Below, piece by piece: positions 19,200 to 28,246 of a DNA stretch of 64,000 bases. The first letter of the stretch is position 1. Every line of letters begins with the position of its first letter. The stretch covers positions 542,131 to 606,130 of the forward strand of contig OY969116.1 of NCBI GenBank assembly GCA_963698075.1. The letters are read 5' to 3'. The DNA comes from an uncultured Candidatus Berkelbacteria bacterium. Its GTDB lineage: Bacteria > Patescibacteriota > UBA1384 > UBA12157 > JAENIV01. Position numbers and translations under genes: made by a program. The notes under the pieces are model-generated. The model was given only the letters and a program-made list of their open reading frames with translations. It had not been told where the DNA came from and did no database searches.

Positions 19200-19613
19200 C
19201 TATCTCACTATCCCCTTCACTTTCTCCACGATTTGGGCCGGCGTCATATCCGATTTAACCAAATAATCAGCCGCTCCCATTTTTTGCCCCTTTTCTCTGT
19301 CTTCGACTGCTCCACCTAGATTGGTGAGAAGAATGACCGGAATATCTTTGGTTGCCGCGTCAGCTTTAACTTTCTCCAAAACCTGAAAACCATCTAGTTT
19401 CGGCAGCATCACATCCAAAAGAATGATATTTGGTTTGGGCGAGGCCTTAGCGAGCTCGTCTAAGCCGGCCTGGCCATCAAAAGCCGCCAAAACCTTAAAA
19501 CCTTCTTTTTCAAATTTCCGGGTGTACATGCGGATTAAGATTTGATCATCTTCGACCAGTAATATAATCTTCTGTTGCTCCATAAGACCTCCTAAATTTA
19601 TGTTAAAACTCAA
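19200..19613 (-). CDS. Stand-alone response-regulator receiver domain (likely true start at MEQQKIILLVEDD)
   Basis: LLVEDD...ILLDVMLPKLDG...K, with no output domain. Confidence 0.8.
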   Translation of the reverse strand: MSFNINLGGLMEQQKIILLVEDDQILIRMYTRKFEKEGFKVLAAFDGQAGLDELAKASPKPNIILLDVMLPKLDGFQVLEKVKADAATKDIPVILLTNLGGAVEDREKGQKMGAADYLVKSDMTPAQIVEKVKGIVR

Positions 19614-19699
19614 AACGCAAATGTCAAAGTAACAGCAAAAAATTAAAATGATTTTCTTTTATGCTTTTAGTTGTAGTTTTAAGTTTTGACATTTTAACT

Positions 19700-20440
19700 T
19701 TAAGTTTCCCTTTTTGGTAACGCCAAACTAAAAGTTGAACCTTTGCCCGGTTCCGAATGTTCCAGCCAAAGTTTTCCGCCTTGGGCTTCGGTTAAACGTC
19801 GGGCCAAATATAATCCTAAGCCGGTGCCTTTTTCTTGACCCGCCAAGGAAAGATTGCCTTTGGAAAAAATCTCAAACAAACGATCTTGATCTTCTTTTTT
19901 AATTCCAGTGCCAGTATCAGCCACGTCAGTAATCACCCAATTATTATCAAGACGATGAGAAACCTTAATTTGCCCGTTCGCGGGCGTAAATTTGACCGCA
20001 TTGGAAACCAAATTCATTAAAATTTCTCGGGCGCGGTCGGGGTCGGCTCTGACAAAAAGATCCTCGGAAGATGGCTGATACTCTAAAGCTAGTTGCTTTT
20101 CTTTGGCCGGGATTTGAAAATCGGAAACAATCATTTTGGACTCGCGGCTGATATCAACTTGGCCAATTTTTAGCGAAATTTTTCCTTCTTGGATCCGGGC
20201 AACCTTCATCATGTGTTCGACCAAACGAATCAATCGATCATTGGCAATGTAGGCTTGGGCGATAAACTCCTTAACATCGTCGGAAATTGGCCCAGCATCA
20301 CCTTCCAAAATCATTGATAAATAGCCCTTAACGCCGGTCATCGGCGTCCGGAGCTCATGCGACATCACGCTTAAAAACTCCTGCTTTTGGGCTTCCAAAA
20401 GATGTTTTAATTTCTGGATTCTTGCTTTATCTTCTTCCAT
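19700..20440 (-). CDS. Soluble histidine kinase core (HisKA + HATPase_c only, no sensor domain)
   Basis: SHELRTPMTGVKGY, plus N/G boxes GTGLGLYLARRLTEAQGG. Confidence 0.8.
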   Translation of the reverse strand: MEEDKARIQKLKHLLEAQKQEFLSVMSHELRTPMTGVKGYLSMILEGDAGPISDDVKEFIAQAYIANDRLIRLVEHMMKVARIQEGKISLKIGQVDISRESKMIVSDFQIPAKEKQLALEYQPSSEDLFVRADPDRAREILMNLVSNAVKFTPANGQIKVSHRLDNNWVITDVADTGTGIKKEDQDRLFEIFSKGNLSLAGQEKGTGLGLYLARRLTEAQGGKLWLEHSEPGKGSTFSLALPKRET

Positions 20441-20457
20441 TGTAATAGTTTAAAAGT

Positions 20458-21105
20458 TTATACCAGTCGTTCTGGGGTTCTTTTAAGGACTGTGATTCTC
20501 TCGACAACTCCCTTAACCCCGAAGCCACCCATGCCAGCCCTGAGATAAACATTGGGCATAACTGTTCTTGTATAGTAAGGATAATTACTACCCGCTTTTT
20601 CAAACTCTGATTTCAACTGGTCAGCTATTTCTTCATTTAAACCAAAGGATCGAAAAACCAAGTCACGATATTCATTTCGAAAATCTTCGTCCGAAACACC
20701 GAGACTCTTTGCTCCCTCAACCTGTTCATCAGTTGGCGTAAAATCATAATTGATTGGTTCTTCTCTTTTCCCTCTTTGCATTTTAACCGCTCCCTCAGCC
20801 ACCTGTGTCATTAAATCACTGAGCATCGCTAGGATTTTTGCTTGCCGGACATCATAGTTGGCTTCTGCCTGATCGCGTGTCTCATTCGCCAATTTGTCTT
20901 GGGTGGCGGCCATTTCTAACCACTGTTTCACCATAGGATTCTCACTTTGATCGGGGTCGCCTCCCGCCAATTCTCTGGCTTGGGTTCTAAAATGGGCCGC
21001 TAACGAAGCATTTACGTTTTGTTGCCTCGCTATTTCCTCGGCCTTCGTTTCGTCCTCTTCCCAGCCTGGTTGTTTTTCCATCGGGTGCCATTTTTCTTCT
21101 TCCAT
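20458..21105 (-). CDS. Hypothetical acidic protein, no recognisable domain
   Basis: A 215-aa ORF with an RBS, sitting between the kinase operon and ftsK. Confidence 0.4.
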   Translation of the reverse strand: MEEEKWHPMEKQPGWEEDETKAEEIARQQNVNASLAAHFRTQARELAGGDPDQSENPMVKQWLEMAATQDKLANETRDQAEANYDVRQAKILAMLSDLMTQVAEGAVKMQRGKREEPINYDFTPTDEQVEGAKSLGVSDEDFRNEYRDLVFRSFGLNEEIADQLKSEFEKAGSNYPYYTRTVMPNVYLRAGMGGFGVKGVVERITVLKRTPERLV

Positions 21106-21119
21106 TTTACCTCATTTCA

Positions 21120-23381
21120 TTAAGGATTATTTTGAATATTATCATCTTCAACCCCTGGTGGCTGATTAGTTGGCTGATTGGCTGGCGGGTAGTTGGACGG
21201 TGGAGGTGGTTCTCGGAATGGTTGATGCCAATCTCCTCGCTGGCGATAATCTGGTTGACCATACGGCGGTCGCTGGCTGCCATGTTGCCGCGAAAATTCC
21301 TCACCTTGCCTATTCGCCTCGCGGCGAAGCGGGCCGATAGACGGATTCATTGGCGTCCGGGCCTGTTGACGCTCGTGGTCTAAAGTAATTGGGTCAATCA
21401 TCACGTCGCGCGGTTTGGCCCCATCAGGGGGACCAATCACCCCTTCTTGCTCGAGCATATCAAGTAAACGCGCGGCGCGGGCATAGCCCACCCGTAACCG
21501 CCGCTGAAGCAAAGAGGCTGAGGCCTTGCCGGCCATGACGACCGTTTCTTTAGCATCATTATACAACTCATCTTCGGCCATCAATTCGCCGCTCAAACCT
21601 CTTTCCGAACCGGCCCGATAAGTCAAGACTGTTTCATCATAATTGGCGTAACCTTCACGCTTTAAGAATTCAGTGACGCGGTTAATTTCTTTATCGGTCA
21701 CCATCACCCCTTGGACACGTTTGGGCTTACCCAATTCATTGCCAATGTAGAGCATATCGCCGTTGCCAAGCAATCGTTCGGCGCCAGCTAAATCAAGAAT
21801 GGTGCGCGAATCAACTTGAGAAGCCACGGCAAAGGCGATGCGGTTGGTAATATTGGCTTTAATGAGGCCGGTGATGACATCCACCGATGGCCGCTGGGTA
21901 GCCACCACCAAATGAATCCCAGTGGCCCGCGCCATTTGAGCTAGTCTGACAATGGCTGCCTCAACCTCGTTGGCCGCTTGCGCCATCAAATCCGCCAACT
22001 CATCAATGAAAATGACAATGTAAGGCAGTTTGCCGTTGGGTGGATTGGCGTTATAGGCCTCAATATGGCGGCGATTAGTTTCTTGAAATAGACGAAAACG
22101 GCGATCCATTTCCGCTACCGTCCATTTTAACGCGGAAATGGTTTGGTCAACATCATGAATGACCGGCGCCAGTAAATGGGGGACGCCATTATAGGGCGTA
22201 AATTCCACTCTTTTCGGATCAACCAAAATTAGTCTTAAATCCGCCGGCGAATTTTGATACAAAAACGACAAAATCATCGCATTAATACAAACTGATTTTC
22301 CCGAGCCAGTCGCGCCGGCAATCAAAAGATGAGGCATATTTTTGATATCAACGACAAAAGGTGAGCCAGCGACATCGCGGCCAAGCGCGGTGGTTAAATT
22401 TGACTTGGAATTTTTAAAATCTTCAGTCTCCAACACTTCTCGTAAAGTCACCAAAGCCGGCACTTTGTTGGGAATCTCAATTCCCACCGCTGACTTGCCC
22501 GGGATCGGCGCTTCAATCCTGATTGGATGAGCGGCTAAAGCGAGGGCCAGATCATTGGTCCGAGCCGTAATTTGATTGAGCTTGACTGCTGGCGCTGGTT
22601 TAAGGGTATATTGAGTCACCGCCGGACCAATATTGACGTCGCCCATAGTCACTTCAATCCCAAAATCTTTGAGGGTTTTTTGAACAATTTCGACATTTTT
22701 AGCAATGTTGCCCGATGTTGCTTTCGAGGAATTTTGGTCTAATAAATCAACTGGCGGGAATTCCCAAATTTTCTGGCCGACGTGAGGCAAACTTTGTTGA
22801 TATGGCGATGTCGCCGCCGAACGTCGCCCCAAAGTCGCAAAAACCGAGGCCTTGGGCTCGTTGACTCTCACCCCGGGTTCCATGGAACCGCTACCGAGTT
22901 TTGCCCAAAGGGCTTTAATCGAAGTGTTAAAAGTAACCAATAACGAGACAATGGCTAAGACAAAAACTAAGATAAGTGAAGCGTAAATCCCCAGGAAACT
23001 CGCAAATAAAGAACGGACACCCGAACCGATCCAACCGCCCAAAGGCGACAACAAGGCCGGGACAAAAATGAGCGATAAAATTGTCCCCACCACCGAGATG
23101 GGTTTAACTTGGAAACGCGAGGGCAAAAGCAGGATCGTGCCAAAACCCGCGAAAATAAAGGGAATGAGGTAACCAACGATTCCCCAAAGATTGATAGTGG
23201 TGCGATAGAAAAACCGACCAAAAGAACCAGCTAAATTAAACCAGCCCAAGAAAATGAGCAAACCCAAAATCAGTAAGATAAAAGCGGCGATTTCCCGGGT
23301 CGTATCGGGGTTCATCGTCCAATCAAGGTTTTCCCATATCGAAAGTCTTTGGCCCTTTCTTCGATATTTGCGTCTGGCCAT
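21120..23381 (-). CDS. ftsK: DNA translocase FtsK/SpoIIIE
   Basis: It has N-terminal TM helices, a RecA-like motor with Walker A GATGSGKSVCINAMI, and a gamma wHTH domain, plus a Pro/Gln-rich C-terminal tail. Confidence 0.9.
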   Translation of the reverse strand: MARRKYRRKGQRLSIWENLDWTMNPDTTREIAAFILLILGLLIFLGWFNLAGSFGRFFYRTTINLWGIVGYLIPFIFAGFGTILLLPSRFQVKPISVVGTILSLIFVPALLSPLGGWIGSGVRSLFASFLGIYASLILVFVLAIVSLLVTFNTSIKALWAKLGSGSMEPGVRVNEPKASVFATLGRRSAATSPYQQSLPHVGQKIWEFPPVDLLDQNSSKATSGNIAKNVEIVQKTLKDFGIEVTMGDVNIGPAVTQYTLKPAPAVKLNQITARTNDLALALAAHPIRIEAPIPGKSAVGIEIPNKVPALVTLREVLETEDFKNSKSNLTTALGRDVAGSPFVVDIKNMPHLLIAGATGSGKSVCINAMILSFLYQNSPADLRLILVDPKRVEFTPYNGVPHLLAPVIHDVDQTISALKWTVAEMDRRFRLFQETNRRHIEAYNANPPNGKLPYIVIFIDELADLMAQAANEVEAAIVRLAQMARATGIHLVVATQRPSVDVITGLIKANITNRIAFAVASQVDSRTILDLAGAERLLGNGDMLYIGNELGKPKRVQGVMVTDKEINRVTEFLKREGYANYDETVLTYRAGSERGLSGELMAEDELYNDAKETVVMAGKASASLLQRRLRVGYARAARLLDMLEQEGVIGPPDGAKPRDVMIDPITLDHERQQARTPMNPSIGPLRREANRQGEEFSRQHGSQRPPYGQPDYRQRGDWHQPFREPPPPSNYPPANQPTNQPPGVEDDNIQNNP

Positions 23382-23442
23382 TTTCTAAATCCCTCCAATT
23401 AGTTCTATTATACCATCTTTTTAATGTGTCTATATGTCTTTA

Positions 23443-23540
23443 GAGGCCGAAGTGGTGTCCCGAGTGAAGTGGCGGCGTCCCGAACGTAGTTCGAGACAGG
23501 GATGGAGTGGGTGCCCGAGAGCGAGGGATACCACGAGGCC
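23443..23540 (+). repeat. GC-rich MITE-like dispersed element, copy 3 (intergenic, upstream of ftsK)
   Basis: gaagtggcggcgtcccgaacgtagttcgagacaggg...gggtgcccgagagcgaggg is nearly identical to the stretch within valS at 63645-63738. Confidence 0.75.
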
Positions 23541-23564
23541 GAATAATTATAATAATTAACGAAA

Positions 23565-23597
23565 AAATCGCCTTTTTCTTAGGCGATTTTTTCATCC
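23565..23597. terminator. Bidirectional rho-independent terminator hairpin
   Basis: aaaaaatcgcc-tttttctta-ggcgatttttt is a perfect stem with A/T runs on both sides. Confidence 0.55.
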
Positions 23598-23719
23598 GTC
23601 TCTCGATGAAATTCCACAAATTTGCCGGTTTCCGGATCAATTTGAACTTCGATTTGTTCCGGCTCTTTGCCAGTGTCAATCTCTTGGGAAATCTCTTGAA
23701 TTGTCTCGTTCATGTCCAT
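23579..23719 (-). CDS. Small acidic protein (46 aa; MDMNETIQEISQEIDTGKEPEQIEVQIDPETGKFVEFHRETDEKIA)
   Basis: Reverse-strand ORF ending in the terminator hairpin. It is below the ORF-track size cutoff and is a speculative call. Confidence 0.3.
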   Translation of the reverse strand: MDMNETIQEISQEIDTGKEPEQIEVQIDPETGKFVEFHRETDEKIA

Positions 23720-23775
23720 TTACCCCGTTAGATGCGTCAGCTATCTAACTGGGGCCCTCCATTTTTATATTTATT

Positions 23776-23997
23776 TTAAGCGGCTTTTCTTTCCTGCTCG
23801 CCGCGATGAAATCGGATAATTTTTTGCCCTTCGGGTGCATTAGGATTATAAGTTCCTTCTTCCGTTTCTGGCTCTTGGACAAGAACCGTCAGTGGTCCAT
23901 GGCCGGTCTGCCAGACCTCTTCATGGCCAGGCGATAATTTAATTCCCGCCCTTTCCATTTCTTCCAAAGTCATTACCCCTTTTCCTTTTTCTATCAT
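23776..23997 (-). CDS. Hypothetical small protein (73 aa)
   Basis: It has a strong RBS (aggaggg) upstream of the ATG. Confidence 0.45.
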   Translation of the reverse strand: MIEKGKGVMTLEEMERAGIKLSPGHEEVWQTGHGPLTVLVQEPETEEGTYNPNAPEGQKIIRFHRGEQERKAA

Positions 23998-24131
23998 GCT
24001 CCCTCCTTGAGAGCTCCTCCTTAATTCAGGAGTATTAAATTATTGTAACATAATTTTCGCCGAAAGTCAAGGAGAACGAAAAGTCCTGGCTCGGTTGGCC
24101 AGGACTCGGAAAGGTTCGATCAGCTCGAAAG

Positions 24132-24932
24132 CTAAAGTGGGGCGATGACCATCTGGGTATAGCTGGCCTTCAAGGGAGGAAGTCGGATATCGCCGTACTC
24201 ATCCTCGTGGGTGACCTTGGCGCGGTGGTAGCGTCCGCCGACAAGATAGCCGCGGATCCCGGGAGAGATCTCGATGCCTGCAAGGCGCTTGACAACCTCC
24301 GGGAAATGGGCGCCTTTGAGCAGGAGGTCAACCACTGCCATCCTGATCCGACTTTCGGTCACCGCGCAAAGAAAGCCAAACTGCCAGAGGGGAAGACCCG
24401 GACAAGCCTCAAACTCAATCACCAAGGCAACACGAGTGTTATGCTCGACCTCATCGATTGCCAGTCTCTCCTTACCCAGGACAAACCATTCGTATCCGCA
24501 GGTTTGCCACTGCACCCCTTTGTTAATCCATTGGATTGTTGGTCTGCCTGTCCACCGATGGGTATAGACGGCCCAACCAGGTCCAGCATGATCGGCCGGG
24601 CCAATCTCATTGCTGGCGAAGGAAAGGAAGATGAGAATGGGAGAAAGACAACCGACAATCACTGCTCGAGCTAAGTCATCAAGATCACCTGAGCTGGCGG
24701 CCACAAGGAAACAGACTGTCGTACCGACCACTAGACCGGCGCAGATGAGGTCGACCAGCAAGCTCATTCGAAACCGAGTGAGCAGCAGTTTCTCATATCC
24801 GGGCAGATTGCTCTTGGTAACCATGTAGAAGAGTCGATTGAGATAGATGTACCATGTTGCCACCACAGCGACGAGCGCAACTAGCATGATTACGGTGGAC
24901 ATTGTTTCCCTCCCTGGGTAGGTTCCTGGCAA
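24132..24932 (-). CDS. Hypothetical polytopic membrane protein (GC-rich island)
   Basis: A 266-aa ORF with about four TM helices in the N-terminal half. GC is about 55%, against a backbone of about 40%. Confidence 0.45.
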   Translation of the reverse strand: MPGTYPGRETMSTVIMLVALVAVVATWYIYLNRLFYMVTKSNLPGYEKLLLTRFRMSLLVDLICAGLVVGTTVCFLVAASSGDLDDLARAVIVGCLSPILIFLSFASNEIGPADHAGPGWAVYTHRWTGRPTIQWINKGVQWQTCGYEWFVLGKERLAIDEVEHNTRVALVIEFEACPGLPLWQFGFLCAVTESRIRMAVVDLLLKGAHFPEVVKRLAGIEISPGIRGYLVGGRYHRAKVTHEDEYGDIRLPPLKASYTQMVIAPL

Positions 24933-25052
24933 GACATCCCAGATGTTCGTAAGATATCATTTTTTCTCTTTTTAGTCAACAACCGGCAGCGCGATTGAGA
25001 TTACAGAAACACGCCCTGGATCAGAGCGTGTTGAGAAAGTTCAATGTGAAGC

Positions 25053-25529
25053 TCAAATATAATGGATGCCGCGGGCATCCATGAAGACCCGCTGTTGAGA
25101 GTGGATGCTTTCCAAGAGAACACAGCTGGTGATGTAAAGGAAATGTTGTTGCTCGCCGATTTCGTCTTCGCTTAACGACCTTTTACCAGCAAGAATATCC
25201 TTGATAATGGCCCGGAAAGTCCTTGCCTGACGCGGCCAATCGCGAGGGTCAAATAACTCTCGTACGTTTTGACCCGCCTCCAAGAAGCGTTCGGCGCGCT
25301 CATAATCCTTAAGCTGTTTAGGGCTGATTTCCGTCAGCTTGTGAACTCTAAGTGAATGCAATAGCAAGGCGCAGAGTTGGCTTGCCACCGCAAGCATCGA
25401 TTTGACGTCAGGCAGGAATTGACCGTCTTCGCCCAAATGCTTGCCTCGTCGGATGTACTCCAAACCACAGACGCCGTTGTTGGCCATAACATCTAGATCG
25501 TGGTCTTCGAACAGCCCGTCAAACTCCAT
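25053..25529 (-). CDS. Hypothetical protein
   Basis: 158-aa ORF with no recognisable domain. Confidence 0.4.
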   Translation of the reverse strand: MEFDGLFEDHDLDVMANNGVCGLEYIRRGKHLGEDGQFLPDVKSMLAVASQLCALLLHSLRVHKLTEISPKQLKDYERAERFLEAGQNVRELFDPRDWPRQARTFRAIIKDILAGKRSLSEDEIGEQQHFLYITSCVLLESIHSQQRVFMDARGIHYI

Positions 25530-25586
25530 GGTTCACCCCCTATGAGTGGTGACTAAATAATATCAAACTGAATTTCAAAAGCAATA

Positions 25587-25614
25587 ACAAAAAGCGCGAT
25601 CGAGGAATCGGCCA
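25587..25614. repeat. Cassette-boundary direct repeat, copy 1 (acaaaaagcgcgatcgaggaatcggcc)
   Basis: It is identical over 24 of 27 nt with 27572-27600 and related to 26131-26159. Confidence 0.65.
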
Positions 25615-25626
25615 CAAAATATCAAA

Positions 25627-25857
25627 TTATTTCTTTAATAGTCTTTTGAGTTCTTCTTTATTTATTTCGGCAAATTTTAAAATATTATTCAAGGTTCCGG
25701 GTCGAATAATTTTATGATTTGGCACAATCACGGTTTTCTTAATCGGCTTTAATTTTCTTAATTTAATATGACTGCCTCTTTGGCTGATAACAATAAATCC
25801 TCTTTTTACGAGGACTTTTATGAGTTCTTTGGCCGAGATTTGAGGTAATTTACTCAA
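25627..25857 (-). CDS. hicA: HicA-family toxin (mRNA interferase)
   Basis: KELIKVLVKRGFIVISQRGSHIKL...VPNHKIIRPGTLNNILKFAEI matches the HicA/YcfA fold signature. Confidence 0.7.
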   Translation of the reverse strand: MSKLPQISAKELIKVLVKRGFIVISQRGSHIKLRKLKPIKKTVIVPNHKIIRPGTLNNILKFAEINKEELKRLLKK

Positions 25858-25865
25858 GAATCTCC

Positions 25866-26081
25866 TTAATGGCCAACTTCTAAAGGCACGATAAATTCTT
25901 TAATCGGCGCCTCGGGTAATTCCTCATCTTCCAAATATAAATCAATCGCTTCTTGAATATTTTTTAGGGCTTCTTCAAAAGTATCACCTTGAGAAAAACA
26001 ACCCGGAAGAGAAGGCACCGATACTGAATATCCCCCGTCTTTTTCTTGTTCAAATAAAACCGCTAAATTTCTTACTTTCAT
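25866..26081 (-). CDS. hicB: HicB-family antitoxin (probable start MKVRNLAV; the ORF-track start at 26132 is an upstream extension)
   Basis: It shows HicB/UPF0150-like sequence (YSVSVPSLPGCFSQGDTFEEALKNIQEAIDLYLE) and sits immediately upstream of hicA. Confidence 0.6.
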   Translation of the reverse strand: MKVRNLAVLFEQEKDGGYSVSVPSLPGCFSQGDTFEEALKNIQEAIDLYLEDEELPEAPIKEFIVPLEVGH

Positions 26082-26130
26082 TTTAACTCCTAACCAAAAT
26101 ATAGCACAAAAATATAAAAAATCAAACATC

Positions 26131-26159
26131 ACAAAAAGTGCGAGCGAGATGTCGGCCCA
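26131..26159. repeat. Cassette-boundary direct repeat, copy 2 (degenerate)
   Basis: acaaaaagtgcgagcgagatgtcggccca. Confidence 0.55.
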
Positions 26160-26162
26160 ATA

Positions 26163-26861
26163 TCAATATCCCTCCCCAAGTATTTTTGAATATTTCCAGA
26201 GGCCGTTAAATATCGATTTGTATGTTTCGGCAATAACCCGATCCGATATTAAATACCCAATCCCTCCATATTGATCCGAAATCATTAACACGCATTCGCC
26301 GAAAACCGCCATTGTTCCGTGAAAAGGCAGGGTCTTTTGCCCCAGCCGAACAATGCGACCGGTTCTGATAATTGCTTCTTGGGAATGGTATTTATGATAT
26401 CCTTTGGAAACCGGCGACCTCAAAACCCTGATCATAATTTTTTTACTAATTGATTCTTCAATATAATTTTCAAAAAACCTGTTTCCCAAAAGTTCAGTCG
26501 AAGTTTTGGAATCAATGATCCAGTCAACTTTTCTGGATGGATTTTGATCCAAAGTTAGTAATATCGCTTCTTTTAAGTTTCTTTTCCCTACGAAACACAA
26601 AAAATTCCCAAATTTGAGGTTTTTATTGGGAAATTCCTTAATTTCTTCTTGATTTAATATCGAATAGGTTCTTTTATTATTAACAATTTTCTCCGATATT
26701 AAACCCGCCAAAACCAAGTGATCAATAAAATTATAAACGGTTGTCCTCTTAACTTTACTCGCTTCCGATATTTGACTGACCGTCCCCGTCCTAATTTTTT
26801 GAATCGCCTTATAAACCGCGATCTCTTTTGCCGATAGGTTAGTATAAATCTTTTTTCCCAT
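26163..26861 (-). CDS. TrmB-like wHTH transcriptional regulator (paralog 1 of 3)
   Basis: It has an N-terminal wHTH (LSAKEIAVYKAIQKIRTGTVSQISEASKVKRTTVYNFIDHLVLAGLI) and a C-terminal TrmB-type domain. It is paralogous to 36433-37221 and 42214-42984. Confidence 0.6.
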   Translation of the reverse strand: MGKKIYTNLSAKEIAVYKAIQKIRTGTVSQISEASKVKRTTVYNFIDHLVLAGLISEKIVNNKRTYSILNQEEIKEFPNKNLKFGNFLCFVGKRNLKEAILLTLDQNPSRKVDWIIDSKTSTELLGNRFFENYIEESISKKIMIRVLRSPVSKGYHKYHSQEAIIRTGRIVRLGQKTLPFHGTMAVFGECVLMISDQYGGIGYLISDRVIAETYKSIFNGLWKYSKILGEGY

Positions 26862-27060
26862 TTTCTTTCCTTAATATTATGAATAGATATTTAAGAGTGT
26901 TGTCTATATTTTAGACATCGTGTCTTAAAAAGTCAAGAAATATGGTTTGAGGGGATAAAATGGTTAACAATATTGACAAGTTTGATAATATATGAGGATT
27001 CGGCAGAAAGCGATTTAATCTGCCGAACGAACCTGAACAAGAAAAGAAGAGGAGAAAAAG

Positions 27061-27489
27061 ATGTCTGAGTTCGAGAAGGAAATCAGGAACCGAATAGCAA
27101 CAGTAAGCAAGAAGATGGAAGGGATATTGATGACCGCTCTTCAGCTTGCAAAACAATGGAGAGCTAAGGTAGAAGCTACTCCTCCACCGATCGGAGAGCA
27201 CCCCTGGAAGGTGCGTGAGGAGAAAGGACCATCTCCTCTTGAACAGGTCTTCCCGCAACTCTGTGAATGCGAGTTGGAGGTTTTTGGGATTTTCTTTGAC
27301 GCTCTAAGTTGTACTGATGAGTTGAGTCCCCAAACCATAGAGAGAATCCGAATCCTCGAACCGCTCTTTGAGCTCACACGCGATAAGATCCGCGTGGGAG
27401 ATACAGAACTTCTAATGGATGAGTGGAGGGAAGTTTGGAGCGCGCAAGAAAGGTTGGCAGAACGCCAAAGACCTGCACCGAAACCTTGA
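27061..27489 (+). CDS. Hypothetical protein
   Basis: It has a strong RBS (gaggagaaaaag-ATG). The overlapping minus-strand ORF 26911-27258 lacks an RBS. Confidence 0.45.
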   Translation: MSEFEKEIRNRIATVSKKMEGILMTALQLAKQWRAKVEATPPPIGEHPWKVREEKGPSPLEQVFPQLCECELEVFGIFFDALSCTDELSPQTIERIRILEPLFELTRDKIRVGDTELLMDEWREVWSAQERLAERQRPAPKP

Positions 27490-27571
27490 GACATCCGGGG
27501 CCGATTGCCTAAATCCCCGACTATTTAGTCCCGCTTGACTAAAACAACAAGTCCGGCGGGATTTCTTTATC

Positions 27572-27600
27572 ACAAAAAGCGCGATCGAGGAATCGGCCCA
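27572..27600. repeat. Cassette-boundary direct repeat, copy 3
   Basis: acaaaaagcgcgatcgaggaatcggccca. Confidence 0.65.
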
Positions 27601-28204
27601 ATATTACTTTAAATTGTTGACCGTCCGTCGCGCTTTTTGCGTTTAGCTACCCGAGAAGCCATGCCCCTCGAATAGAATTTTGATAGACAGACGAGAACAT
27701 CCTATAGATAACTAGGCGTCATCCATAAGAAAAAATGTCTGCCTCTTGCCGGGTTTTTGGCCCGCGACGCTCTTCGAAGTTTACGCTCGCTGGCCTAAAA
27801 GAAGGTGCTACCTCCGCCTAACCTTGCTTGGTCAAAGTTTAAAACGGCTCTGGATCATGCGGATTGGATAGCCATACAACAGCCATCCAAAAACCTTAGC
27901 TGAAGGGTCTAAATGTTAAGAATCGCGAAATGCCGATTTAGTGATGATCGGGGGAACGGCGCGGGACGAAATTCAGGATTGACAGTCGGCGAATTTCCAG
28001 ATTAGCATGCGATTATTAAAAAACGGCAAGAAGGAAAGATACGAAAAACCCTCCTACATTTTCTTCTGGCCATTTTGCTAAAGTACTTTTGTTATTTTTA
28101 TCATAGCATGGATTTTGGCTATTGTCAATTCTCGCATCTTATCGCGGGGTCTTGACAAATGAAAATATTGTATTAGGATACGCCATTTAAACCTTATTAT
28201 AACG

Positions 28205-28235
28205 AAAAGTCCGCCCAAGAGCGGACTGATGGATG
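28205..28235 (-). terminator. Stem-loop terminator for the 28247-28624 gene
   Basis: tcagtccgctcttgggcggactttt on the minus strand. Confidence 0.5.
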
Positions 28236-28246
28236 ATAGAAAAAGG

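Noticed and set aside
23480-23500. gttcgagac T-loop-like motif inside the GC-rich repeat
   Set aside because: It is part of the dispersed repeat, which has copies inside valS. No cloverleaf can be drawn.
26911-27258. 115-aa minus-strand ORF overlapping the 27061-27489 gene
   Set aside because: It has no RBS and a Cys/Leu/Ser-rich low-complexity translation. The plus-strand ORF has a strong RBS and protein-like composition.
25587-27600. Possible CRISPR array suggested by three similar short repeats
   Set aside because: There are only three copies. The spacings are irregular (about 540 and 1440 bp) and contain full-length genes. The repeats are imperfect, with no CRISPR-like regularity and no cas genes.
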